Positions 35,046 through 47,300 of a stretch of 64,000 nucleotides of DNA are shown here, one piece after another. The notes beneath the pieces were generated by a model. The model saw only the letters and a program-made list of their open reading frames with translations, did not search any database and was not told the origin of the DNA. Each line of letters begins with the position of its first letter. The stretch's first letter is position 1. The stretch spans positions 496,001 through 560,000 of the forward strand of contig CATNEN010000028.1 of assembly GCA_950097015.1 (NCBI GenBank), read 5' to 3'. Position numbers and translations under genes: made by a program. The stretch comes from Macrostomum hystrix. Its lineage: Eukaryota; Animalia; Platyhelminthes.

Positions 35046-38000
35046 GGCTGGCCTGGCTGCAATTAGACTGCTTTCAGAATACAAGCTGAGCTATTTTAGT
35101 CAGTCAGGCTGGGAATCTGACTGGAAGAAAGTATGGTTTGGAATAACTAAATATTCAAAACCAAGTTAGTCTAGAACTTTGTTAAACTACCTATATATAG
35201 TTAATAAACACTTTTTTTCTGAAAATGTGTGTAGGATTTGTAAATTGATGGCAAAGGGATTGTAGCCTAGTGCTTAGAGCATTGGCTACATTACATTGGC
35301 TTAGAAAATTGTTTTTTTGGAAGTTACACATATAATTAAAAGGTTTTTATAGCTACTTATATAACTAATATTTATGTTAGCTACCCATCAAAAAAGAATA
35401 ACCCATCATTAGAGGATAAATAAAATTGAAATCCTAAAACCTAGGATATCAAACATACATTTGCATATTGTGTAGATATATTGCATAGTGCATAAGACTT
35501 GTTAAAGACTATAATTTTTTCTTTTACTTAATCTCAAATCCCAAAAACCTAGGATCTTAACATAAAAAGCATACTATCTAGACATAGTGCCTAAGACAGA
35601 TTTTTTTATTGAATAGAAAAAAATCTTACTTTTTTCAGTTTTTTTCTTTGAATGTGCCAATATATTAATATAGCTATAGCGCATAATCCAATGTGAATTA
35701 AAGTGGAATGCAAATGTCAATGATGACTGCAGTCTTCAATATAGTTGCTGTTTGGCTTCTTTGGCTTCACTAAATAACAATTGTCAATATAAGACGCAAT
35801 AAATAAAAAATATCTAACCAAAGCATCAAACAAAAGTAAAACAAACCAATGTTTACAAAGTTTAGGAAATCTGTTTCATGTTATGTCTTATTATAATTTT
35901 AGTGCAGTTCACAGATTTGAACTTTTGCATTAAGAACTTCCACAATATTTTCACATTTTCTTATTGAGCTTGAGCAGAATAGATTCAGTATATTGAATTT
36001 ATAGGGGAATGGGAAACATGTTGGTTAAAACTGACTGGTTGAATTTATACCTATTTTCACAGGTCTTGGTAAAGTGGTTAGTTAGATTATAAAACAAATA
36101 GCTATATCTATATAATATACAATGTGCTTTAAAAAGGTTTTTGACTTGTCATATTAATTTATTTTTTACTGAATTGAGAATTTGAGTCATAGCTATGATT
36201 AATACTTAATGCTTATGACTTTATTGTCATAGTCAGTCAGTTTAGTCAGTCAGTTTAGTCAGTTTAGATCTAATTAATTAGTTATGTATTACACTCATAA
36301 ATAACAATAGCTCAAGCCTCAAGCTATAAATAGTAAGTATATAATTTGCAGATAGGTTATAGTAAATAGCGACTCCTACCAGAGAATAGCAGCATATAAC
36401 CACAGAATAATCTAAAGTAAAGACATTTAGCTAAAAAACTAACCAATTCATTCAGAGCAATATGAATTCTGAGCCTATGTTCTGATCGATCCAGTCAGAC
36501 CTGTAGGGTTAGTGTGTAATGAAATAATTAATCTATTTGAAATTGTTATTAAAGTCAAAATAGTTATTGTGTACTGTTATTACAACAAAACTATGCTTAA
36601 TCGTCTCATATAACCGGTATTATCGTATGGATGTTTTGTATTAATTATGTATTTATTATTTGTTTAAACTACGCCTGACAAGTTAAATATAAAGTAACAC
36701 CAGTTGCAACCGGTTTCTAATTTCTAATTAGCGTAACAGAGAAGTAGGCCATATCACTAATTATATTACAAATTATATTATATTAAGCTGCAGACTTCAA
36801 AACGACTTACTCTTTCATTACAAATGGCGACCACCCACCAATATTTTCATGACAAGAGCGATAAATAAAATTATTTGATCAGACTTTTCTAGGAAAAATA
36901 GATCTATTATTATTTGAGCTAAACGTTAACCTCAAACTAAAAAGGATAAATATTTATTAATTTGCACAGCCCAATGAGGATTAAAGCTAGAATGAAATTT
37001 ATATGTATAATAGTTTGTTACTCTGATTCTATTGATAACAGAAATTTGATTGAGAATTTAAAAGCAACGATAATAAAAATATTTATTACGGGTTAAAATA
37101 TCGCGTTCGTGCTTACAGTCTCTCTCTGAAAGTAGTTTTTTATGTTTAACAGAGGTTTTTCGCTGCGGAGGTTGAATGTTAGTCTTTGGCATTAAAGTGT
37201 AGGTTTATTATGAGGCATTAATCAACGTGCATATGTGTAAATTCGTGCATTTCTAGGAACTACGGAAATGATTATTTGTTTTTAGTAAATAAACCCTTTT
37301 TGAGTTAGGATGAAGCGCTAAAAATCAACCACTTGATTCCTTTTGTGTCAATGGAAAATACGTTTCTTATAATTATATTATGATTTCTTTGATGTGTTCA
37401 TGAAGCATTTGAATCTCTGGTTCGATAAGTCAGCTTGTTCTCTTGTTCGCTTGTTCTTAGTACTTTTTTATGCTTTTACCATGTTGGTAATATTTATGTG
37501 ACTTTATCTAACTAAATTATCGAAGAAGAGTAAGGTTTAATCTAAGTTTGTACAAATTTACATTTTTACTGTAATATTGACAGATACAAAAGAGTCTGGC
37601 TGCTAATAAAATATGCTTGACTATGTCTATAGCTCATATATGTATCTTCATTATATGAATTGAGCCATAGTCATTGCAAGAAGATACAAATATATATAAT
37701 TGTATGCAGTGTCTGTATGCATAATACAATCATAATACAATCAATGCATATGCATTATGCATAATACAAGCAATACAATATCAATACAAGTGCACTTTTA
37801 TAATTCGCACTTTACTCTTTGTAAATGGTAATATTCGAAATTCGGTTATTAATTTAATAAATTACCTGAATGAGCTTGGCTCTAGTTTTGCAGGCAGTTG
37901 AAATATATTTTTTCTTTTTAATAATTTGCTCTAAAAATTGATAGCTATGCTTATTACTTGATTTTTCTAAATTAATAGAATTTTTAACTTAATAATGTTT

Positions 38001-38366
38001 TAACTTAACTTATTGTCATTTCTATAATGACAGTACCTTGAAAAAAGAGGGTGGCTAATAGCGAATTTAAGGGCTAAAAATAAGTAAAAATGTTAAAAGT
38101 TTTGTAAAGTTTTCAGGCTATACTTACCATGGTTATTATTATTACATTCACAGAACGTTAAGACAAAAGATAGCAAAAAATGTCTAGACAATCAGACAAA
38201 AATAAAACAATTGAACAATTACAGATATGTTTGCCATGTGAAATTGGACTTACCAGAGTATGGGTCACTAACAACAGCTATTAGCAGCTTATAAGGTTTG
38301 GGCAGTGATCGCGTGGGAATCGGACAATCAGGCAAGCAGTGAGCAACTGGTTTCTCAGAATCAGAC

Positions 38367-41300
38367 ATGCATAGCCGGGCCGCTGGCAGCGTTGGCGACG
38401 GCAGCGCCAGTCGAAATCCCTACCTGGCAGCGCAGAGTAGAGCTATGCTACTAGCGCGAGAGCCTAGCTTAGAAAACCTACATTTTCCCTCGTCGTCAAT
38501 GTCTGCCGCTGTTGTTGCGGCTCCGCCTCGCCCAGCATCGGCTAGGCCGTTTGAGTACTCCGGCAGTGGACTAAGCAGTGGCTACGACTCACTGGGCCCC
38601 AACTCTGCTGGCTTGTCTTTAAAGCGAGAAAATCCGCTCTACAGGTGAGATCTAAGATCCTCCCAGGTCAGGCTATCATTCTCCAAGATCCTCTCGGGAT
38701 TCGCCATCAATCTCGAAGATCCTCTCGGGATTTTCTGATAATCTGCAAGATCCTCTCGGGATTTGCCATCAATCTCGAAGATCCTCTCGGGATTTTCTGA
38801 TAATCTGCAAGATCCTCTCGGGATTTGTCATCAATCTCCAAGATCCTCTCGGGATTTTCTGATAATCTACAAGATCCTCTCGGGATTCGTCATCAATCTC
38901 CAAGATCCTCTTGGGATTCGCCATCAATCTCCAAGATCCTCTCGGGATTTTCTGATAATCTACAAGATCCTCTCGGGATTCGTCATCAATCTCCAAGATC
39001 CTCTCGGGATTCGCCATCAATCTCCAAGATCCTCTCGGGATTTTCTGATAATCTACAAGATCCTCTCGGGATTCGTCATCAATCTCCAAGATCCTCTCGG
39101 GATTTATCATCAATCTCCAAGATCCTCTCGGGATTCGCCATCAATCTCCAAGATCCTCTCGGGATTTTCTGATAATCTCCAAGATCCTCTCGGGATTTTC
39201 TGATAATCTACAAGATCCTCTCGGGATTCGTCATCAATCTCCAAGATCCTCTCGGGATTTATCATCAATCTCCAAGATCCTCTCGGGATTCGCCATCAAT
39301 CTCCAAGATCCTCTCGGGATTTGCCATCAATCTCCAAGATCCTCTCGGGATTTTCTGATAATCTACAAGATCCTCTCGGGATTCGTCATCAATCTCCAAG
39401 ATCCTCTCGGGATTTATCATCAATCTCCAAGATCCTCTCGGGATTCGCCATCAATCTCCAAGATCCTCTCGGGATTTGCCATCAATCTCCAAGATCCTCA
39501 CGGGATTTTCTGATAATCTACAAGATCCTCTCGGGATTTATCATCAATCTCCAAGATCCTCTCGGGATTCGCCATTAATCTCCAAGATCCTCTCGGGATT
39601 TTCTGATAATCTCCAAGATCCTCTCGGGATTCGTCATCAATCTCCAAGATCCTCTCGGGATTCGCCATTAATCTCCAAGATCCTCTCGGGATTTTCTGAT
39701 AATCTACAAGATCCTCTCGGGATTCGTCATCAATCTCCAAGATCCTCTCGGGATTCGCCATCAATCTCCAAGATCCTCTCGGGATTTGCCATCAATCTCT
39801 AAGATCCTCTCGGGATTTTCTGATAATCTACAAGATCCTCTCGGGATTTGTCATCAATCTCCAAGATCCTCTCGGGATTCACCATTAATCTCGAAGATCC
39901 TCTCGGGATTTTCTGATAATCTACAAGATCCTCTCGGGATTTGTCATCAATCTCCAAGATCCTCTCGGGATTTTCTGATAATCTACAAGATCCTCTCGGG
40001 ATTCGCCATCAATCTCCAAGATCCTCTCGGGATTCGCCATCAATCTCCAAGATCCTCTCGGGATTTGCCATCAATCTCCAAGATCCTCTCGGGATTTGCC
40101 ATCAATCTCTAAGATACTCTCGGGATTTTCCATCAATCTCCAATATCCTCTCGGGATTCGCCATCAATCTCCAAGATCCTCTCGGGATTCGCCATCAATC
40201 TCCAAGATCCTCTCGGGATTCGCCATCAATCTCCAAGATCCTCTCGGGATTTGCCATCAATCTCCAAGATCCTCTCGGGATTCGCCATCAATCTCCAAGA
40301 TCCTCTCGGGATTTGCCATCAATCTCCAAGATCCTCTCGGGATTTTCTGATAATCTACAAGATCCTCTCGGGATTTGTCATCAATCTCCAAGATCCTTTC
40401 GGGATTCGCCATCAATCTCCAAGATCCTCTCGGGATTCGCCATCAATCTCCAAGATCCTCTCGGGATTTGCCATCAATCTCCAAGATCCTCTCGGGATTT
40501 GCCATCAATCTCCAAGATCCTCTCGGGATTTTCTGATAATCTACAAGATCCTCTCGGGATTTGTCATCAATCTCCAAGATCCTCTCGGGATTCGCCATCA
40601 ATCTCCAAGATCCTCTCGGGATTTGCCATCAATCTCCAAGATCCTCTCGGGATTTGCCATCAATCTCCAAGATCCTCTCGGGATTTGCCATCAATCTTCA
40701 AGATCCTCTCGGGATTTGCCATCAATCTCCAAGATCCTCTCGGGATTTTCTGATAATCTACAAGATCCTCTCGGGATTTGTCATCAATCTCCAAGATCCT
40801 CTCGGGATTCGCCATCAATCTCCAAGATCCTCTCGGGATTTGCCATCAATCTCCAAGATCCTCTCGGGATTTGCCATCAATCTCCAAGATCCTCTCGGGA
40901 TTTGCCATCAATCTCCAAGATCCTCTCGGGATTTGCCATCAATCTTCAAGATCCTCTCGGGATTTTCTGATAATCTACAAGATCCTCTCGGGATTTGTCA
41001 TCAATCTCCAAGATCCTCTCGGGATTCGCCATCAATCTCCAAGATCCTCTCGGGATTCGCCATCAATCTCCAAGATCCTCTCGGGATTCGCCATCAATCT
41101 CCAAGATCCTCTCGGGATTTGCCATCAATCTCCAAGATCCTCTCGGGATTCGCCATCAATCTCCAAGATCCTCTCGGGATTCGCCATTAATCTCCAAGAT
41201 CCTTTTGGGATTTGCCATCAATCTCGAAGATCCTCTCGGGATTTGCCATCAATCTCCAAGATCCTCTCGGGATTCGCCATCAATCTCCAAGATCCTCTCG

Positions 41301-44300
41301 GGATTCGCCATTAATCTACAAATTTCCAGAGAATGCTGAGCAGATTGTTTTTCAAGCAGATTCAACATCGCTAAAGTGCATTCAACAGAGTCCCAATTAA
41401 TCAATGTCTAGTTAAAGTACATGTGCGTCTGCATCCGTGTATTGAGGTTGTGCTGAGATAGTTCAGATCTATGAGTCTCCGCCCACTCCTCATCTTTCTT
41501 CGGCAGCCTTCACTTTAGCTGGCAGATCTCGGCTGAGAAAATGAACCACACCATCTATTTCTGCCTCTCTGCCCCATATTCCGGCCCGTAGCCGGGGTCC
41601 AGATCCTCAAATCCCGTCCAGTATTAGCTGGCAGTCACAGCCTTCGAGTTTTTTCTCTCTTTTTTCCCAGCCGATTTTCGATGGCCAGAGTGCGGGGTTG
41701 GCCGTTCCACAGCCGGGAGACGAAATGGAAAATGTATCAGGAAGAGAGTTTCAAGTTTAACTTTCTGGAACTTTCTGCTCAAATATATATATAGCTCTGT
41801 ATGTATGTTCGTATATGTGCATAATTGGACTGCTTCTAGAACGAGCGGCTGTTTGAGCTGTCAAGCTTTATTATAACTTTTCGGACGCACCACAATGTCT
41901 GACCATGCGGAAAAGGCAAACTGTACGGTTGACTTGCGAAATTAATTAGGCGGACTAAAAAACAGGCTTTGAAAACAGCATAATTGATCAAATTCTTCGT
42001 CATCGATAATCGGCCAAGTGTCAAAGCTGACAAAAAACTGACAGCTTCACTGGATCGAAGGAGAAATTACATTCTGGAATGATAATTAATAATTTAAGCT
42101 CACTTCCACTTCAATAGAAGGACATGCCACAGAGAAATGGGATCCCCAAGATCGGTAGACAAACTCGAAATTCGCTTCCAATAACCGCATCTCGTTCTCG
42201 CCATGTTTATCGAGCAGCAGCGCCAGAGGCCCCTCGGCGCATCGCCAGCAGATGCTGTACGACTCGCCAGCGACAGCGGCAACTGTCGTAGCCTCGATCG
42301 CGCCATCCTCTGCTGTGGCTTTGCCAGTTCAGCAGGACTCCAGCGGAATCTACGGAGGCAGCGTGTTATACGCGCCGAAGGCTGTCTGGCCGGGACAGAA
42401 CGATGCGGCTGTTTCACCTGGAATGACTAATCATAATCCTTATCAGCAGCAGCATTCTAAGCGGCTGGCCGGCGGCAGCTCGGTGCATCATTCAGCGGCC
42501 AGGATTTCAGACCAGCTGCAGGCGTTGCAGTGGGAGAAGCAGGTGAGCGACTTGTTAAATTAGGTGAGGTAGCAGAAGAGAGAGGTGCGCGTAGTAAAGT
42601 GGAGGCACGGGGTGAGGTTGATTCTCGGAGTGAGGTTGATGCGCGGAGTGAGGTTGATGCGCGGAGTGAGGTTGATGTGCGGAGTGAGGTTGATGCGCGG
42701 AGTGAGGTTGATGCGCGGAGTCAGGTTGATATGCGTAAATACGCACAGAAGTGCAAAAAAAGCGTCATACTCTCCCCCAGGACCTGGAGAAGTCTGTTAA
42801 AGAGATTGGCCTGATGAAGCGCGACTACGAGCTGCTGCGCGGCGAGTCGCGCCATCTGGCTACGCTGCAGACCCTGCTAGACGGCAAGGATCAGCGCATC
42901 GGCGCCCTTGAGGCCGAGATCCAGATGCTTGAGGAAGGCCTGGCCCGCATTCGCGACGAGGGCATGCGGACGCCAACGGCGGCCCTCCTGGAGCAGCAGC
43001 TGCAGCTGCAGCAGCTCCAGCAGCTGGAGTCGGAGCGGCAACTCATCGGGCAGCTGCGCAGCGCGGAACGGGCTCTGAAGGCCCGCTCGGACTACCTGGC
43101 CCAGGAGCTGGCCAACCGGGACACCGAGTGCGCCGCGCTGCAGTCTCGCTTAGAGACTTGCGAACGACAGCAGAGCGACTGCGCGCATCACATTAGCGCC
43201 CTGAAGGAACAGCTGAAGGCCAAAGAGCACAAGATTCAGATGCTCAGTGAGTTCATTTTCTTTTTTTATTTTTTTATCTGTGAAAAGGTAAGTGGACTGA
43301 TAAAGGGGCTGTTGAAGCAAGCTTTTGTTAATCCGATGCCTACAGTGCAACTCTATACATTTGACCATTTTTCGCTACATATCGGCTAGTGACCGATTTT
43401 TAGAGAGCCATGAAATCCTTTTTGGCAAAAATCCTTGCTCCACTGCCCCTAAATATTTGGAACATAAGCTTTAAAAAATTGAATACCTAATGTTTACTAT
43501 GAAATACTACCAGCAGCATCAGATGATCTCCTGTTGCACACGTCAAGTATAGCTCTGAACTACGAGTATATATGGAGTCTTGGCTTCTCAGTGTTGTAGT
43601 GCCAAGCTTCTTACCTGCGTGGGCGTAGAAAATCTACCTGTATTCGATTTGAGTAGAACTGCAATTAGGGTACTGGTATGCTACCAGTCTGTGCCATAGA
43701 CAGTTTTCAGAGCGATTGCTGCTGCATGGCTGCACCAATGAACGAGTATGATTAAAAGCAAGACTATCAAGTCATTAAATCCCCCTATCTGACAATTACC
43801 TTTGCTGCACCCGAGCAGAGCAATGCAAGAATACGAAACTCAAGAACAAGGGCAATACAAGGGCAAAATAATAATAAAAATAAATTATAATTATAATTGT
43901 AGGCGGGCTGCGGGCAATATGGCACATCATTTCGTGACACTAGACCCGCAGCCAGCGAGGAGGCAATTCTGCCTTATTTCACTGACTCCTGAGCACACAC
44001 GCACACAGATACTGTACGCAGGCACATGCTCACACGTGTGTGAATCTGCCCTGACTTTCTCATCGTCAGGCAGTCTACATTTCACTATGCCTTGGAGGTT
44101 GGCCCTCGAGGGCGTAAATTGCACGACAAGCCCCCAAAGCCTTCTCTCCGCGACTGCGCCCCAAGTAAATGTGGCCTCGCCGTGGAATCGAACTTAAGGA
44201 CCGTGGTGTGAGAGGCGAAGGCGTTAAGCGCTCTGCCACCGACCCCCCCCTAAGAACAAGGGCCAACTTTTTGTTGCGCATCTTCTGAAACAATAATCAA

Positions 44301-47300
44301 GTCCAGCAGCTCCTTCTAAAGGTCAGTGACCACCGAAGTCGGAGATTATGCAGGCACATTCGGGTGACGTGCTGATAAAGTTTGAAGGCCTGACAAGGCC
44401 GCACTGAGGCGCAGTGCGAATTTTTGTAAAGGGGTGCATGAAATACACTATATCTTATTGGAGACATCAGAACTTCGGCCAGAACTGAATATCTCGACGG
44501 TCTGAAGGGCTGGTGACTTGATTCTTATTTCAGAGGACACGCAACAAAAATTTAGCCCGTGTTCTTGAGTTTCGTGTGCTTGCGCTGTTCCGTTCGGGTG
44601 CAGCACAAAAAATTTTCAGGGGGAAAAATCCCCCCTTGTTAGTTCTACTGTTAAATTAAGAGCTCGCGGAATCGTCTTGGCTGCAAAATTCTATATCTAT
44701 TGGGATATCAACTAAAACTTCAATGCTTACGAGCCAAGCGCAATACAATGCATCGAGTCTCTCATTTTCGGACCCAAAGGGGGACGAACAGCTTTGCCAG
44801 TTCTTTAGTATAGTTTAAGTCGCCACACAATCAGTACAAACAGCTGAATTGTGTGGCGTTTGTTCTCGGCCGAAAGCCTAAATCTTACACCTCGCAATCC
44901 CTTAAAAATATTGGGGCACTTTCCCTTGACTAGAAAGACACAGCATTTCTGGCAGAAAAAAGCTAATTTAACAATTGTCCGCCTAATAGTCTAGAAATGC
45001 GAAAATCGGATTGCTCAAATACACTGCATGGCCATCGGCAGTTAGCAGACCTGACTGGGGGGGAACTCCGCTTTTAACATTGGTCAATTTGTCAAGCTCA
45101 TGCAAAATTCATCATGGGCTAGACGGGGCGAACAGAAGGCTGGAGTGAATGAGAGACGACCGAGTGAAAGGCCTCGCAGTTTGAAATTCTCTGAGAGTCA
45201 TTTCAGAGCGGTTACTCTCTGAGAGTCATTTCAGAGCGGTTACTCTCTGAGAGTCATTTCAGAACCGTTACTGTCTGAGAGTCATTTCAGAACCTTTACT
45301 TTCTTAGAGTCATTTCAGAGCGGTTACTCTCAGAGAGTCATTTCAGACCGGTGACTCTCTGAGAGTCATTTCAGAGCGGTTACTCTCAGAGAGTCATTTC
45401 AGACCGGTGACTCTCTGGGAGTCATTTCAGAACCGTTACTCTCTGGGAGTCATTTCAGAGCGGTTATTCTCTGAGAGTCATTTCAGAACCGTTACTCTCT
45501 GAGAGTCATTTCAGAGCGGTGACTCTCTGAGAGTCATTTCAGAACCGTTACTCTCTGAGAGTCATTTCAGAACCGTTACTCTCAGAGAGTCATTTCAGAA
45601 CCGTTACTCTCTGAGAGTCATTTCAGAACCGTTACTCTCTGAGAGTCATTTCAGAACCGTTACTCTCTGGGAGTCATTTCAGAACCGTTACTCTCAGAGA
45701 GTCATTTCAGACCGGTGACTCTCTGAGAGTCATTTCAGACCGGTTACTCTCTGAGAGTCATTTCAGAACCGTTACTCTCTGGGAGTCATTTCAGACCGGT
45801 TACTCTCTGAGAGTCATTTCAGAACCGTTACTCTCTGGGAGTCATTTCAGAGCGGTGACTCTCTGAGAGTCATTTCAGAGCGGTTACTCTCAGAGAGTCA
45901 TTTCAGAGCGGTTACTCTCTGGGAGTCATTTCAGAACCGTTACTCTCTGAGAGTCATTTCAGAGCGGTTATTCTCTGAGAGTCATTTCAGAACCGTTACT
46001 CTCTGAGAGTCATTTCAGAGCGGTGACTCTCTGAGAGTCATTTCAGACCGGTTACTCTCAGAGAGTCATTTCAGAGCGGTTACTCTCTGAGAGTCATTTC
46101 AGAGCGGTTACTCTCTGAGAGTCATTTCAGAACCGTTACTCTCTGAGAGTCATTTCAGAGCGGTGACTCTCTGAGAGTCATTTCAGACCGGTTACTCTCA
46201 GAGAGTCATTTCAGAACCGTTACTCTCAAAGAGTCATTTCAGAGCGGTTACTCTCTGGGAGTCATTTCAGAACCGTTACTCTCTGAGAGTCATTTCAGAG
46301 CGGTTACTCTCTGAGAGTCATTTCAGAACCGTTACTCTCTGAGAGTCATTTCAGAACCGTTACTCTCTGAGAGTCATTTCAGAGCGGTGACTCTCTGAGA
46401 GTCATTTCAGAGCGGTTACTCTCTGGGAGTCATTTCAGAGCGGTTACTCTCAGAGAGTCATTTCAGAACCGTTACTCTCTGGGAGTCATTTCAGAACCGT
46501 TACTCTCTGAGAGTCATTTCAGAGCCGTTACTCTCTGGGAGTCATTTCAGAGCGGTTACTCTCTGGGAGTCATTTCAGAACCGTTACTCTCTGGGAGTCA
46601 TTTCAGAGCGGTTACTCTCTGGGAGTCATTTCAGAGCGGTTACTCTCTGAGAGTCATTTCAGACCGGTGACTCTCTGAGAGTCATTTCAGACCGGTTACT
46701 CTCTGAGAGTCATTTCAGAGCGGTTACTCTCTGAGAGTCATTTCAGAGCCGTTACTCTCTGGGAGTCATTTCAGAGCGGTTACTCTCTGGGAGTCATTTC
46801 AGAACCGTTACTCTCTGGGAGTCATTTCAGAGCGGTTACTCTCTGGGAGTCATTTCAGAGCGGTTACTCTCTGAGAGTCATTTCAGACCGGTGACTCTCT
46901 GAGAGTCATTTCAGACCGGTTACTCTCTGAGAGTCATTTCAGAGCGGTGACTCTCTGAGAGTCATTTCAGAGCGGTGACTCTCTGAGAGTCATTTCAGAC
47001 CGGTTACTCTCTGAGAGTCATTTCAGACCGGTTACTCTCTGAGAGTCATTTCAGAGCGGTGACTCTCTGAGAGTCATTTCAGAGCGGTGACTCTCAGAGA
47101 GTCATTTCAGAGCGGTTACTCTCTGAGAGTCATTTCAGAGCGGTTACTCTCAGAGAGTCATTTCAGAGCGGTTACTCTCAGAGAGTCATTTCAGAGCGGT
47201 TACTCTCTGAGAGTCATTTCAGAGCGGTTACTCTCAGAGAGTCATTTCAGAGCGGTTACTCTCTGAGAGTCATTTCAGAGCGGTTACTCTCTGAGAGTCA

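Noticed and set aside
35100-38300. 3-kb AT-rich stretch between divergent RAB43 and ERC1
   Set aside because: Probably promoters and 5' UTR introns, but no specific element could be supported from sequence alone
38763-41400. Many overlapping 100-270 aa ORFs (SISKILSGF..., QDPLGI...)
   Set aside because: Frame-cycling translation of the 31-bp minisatellite
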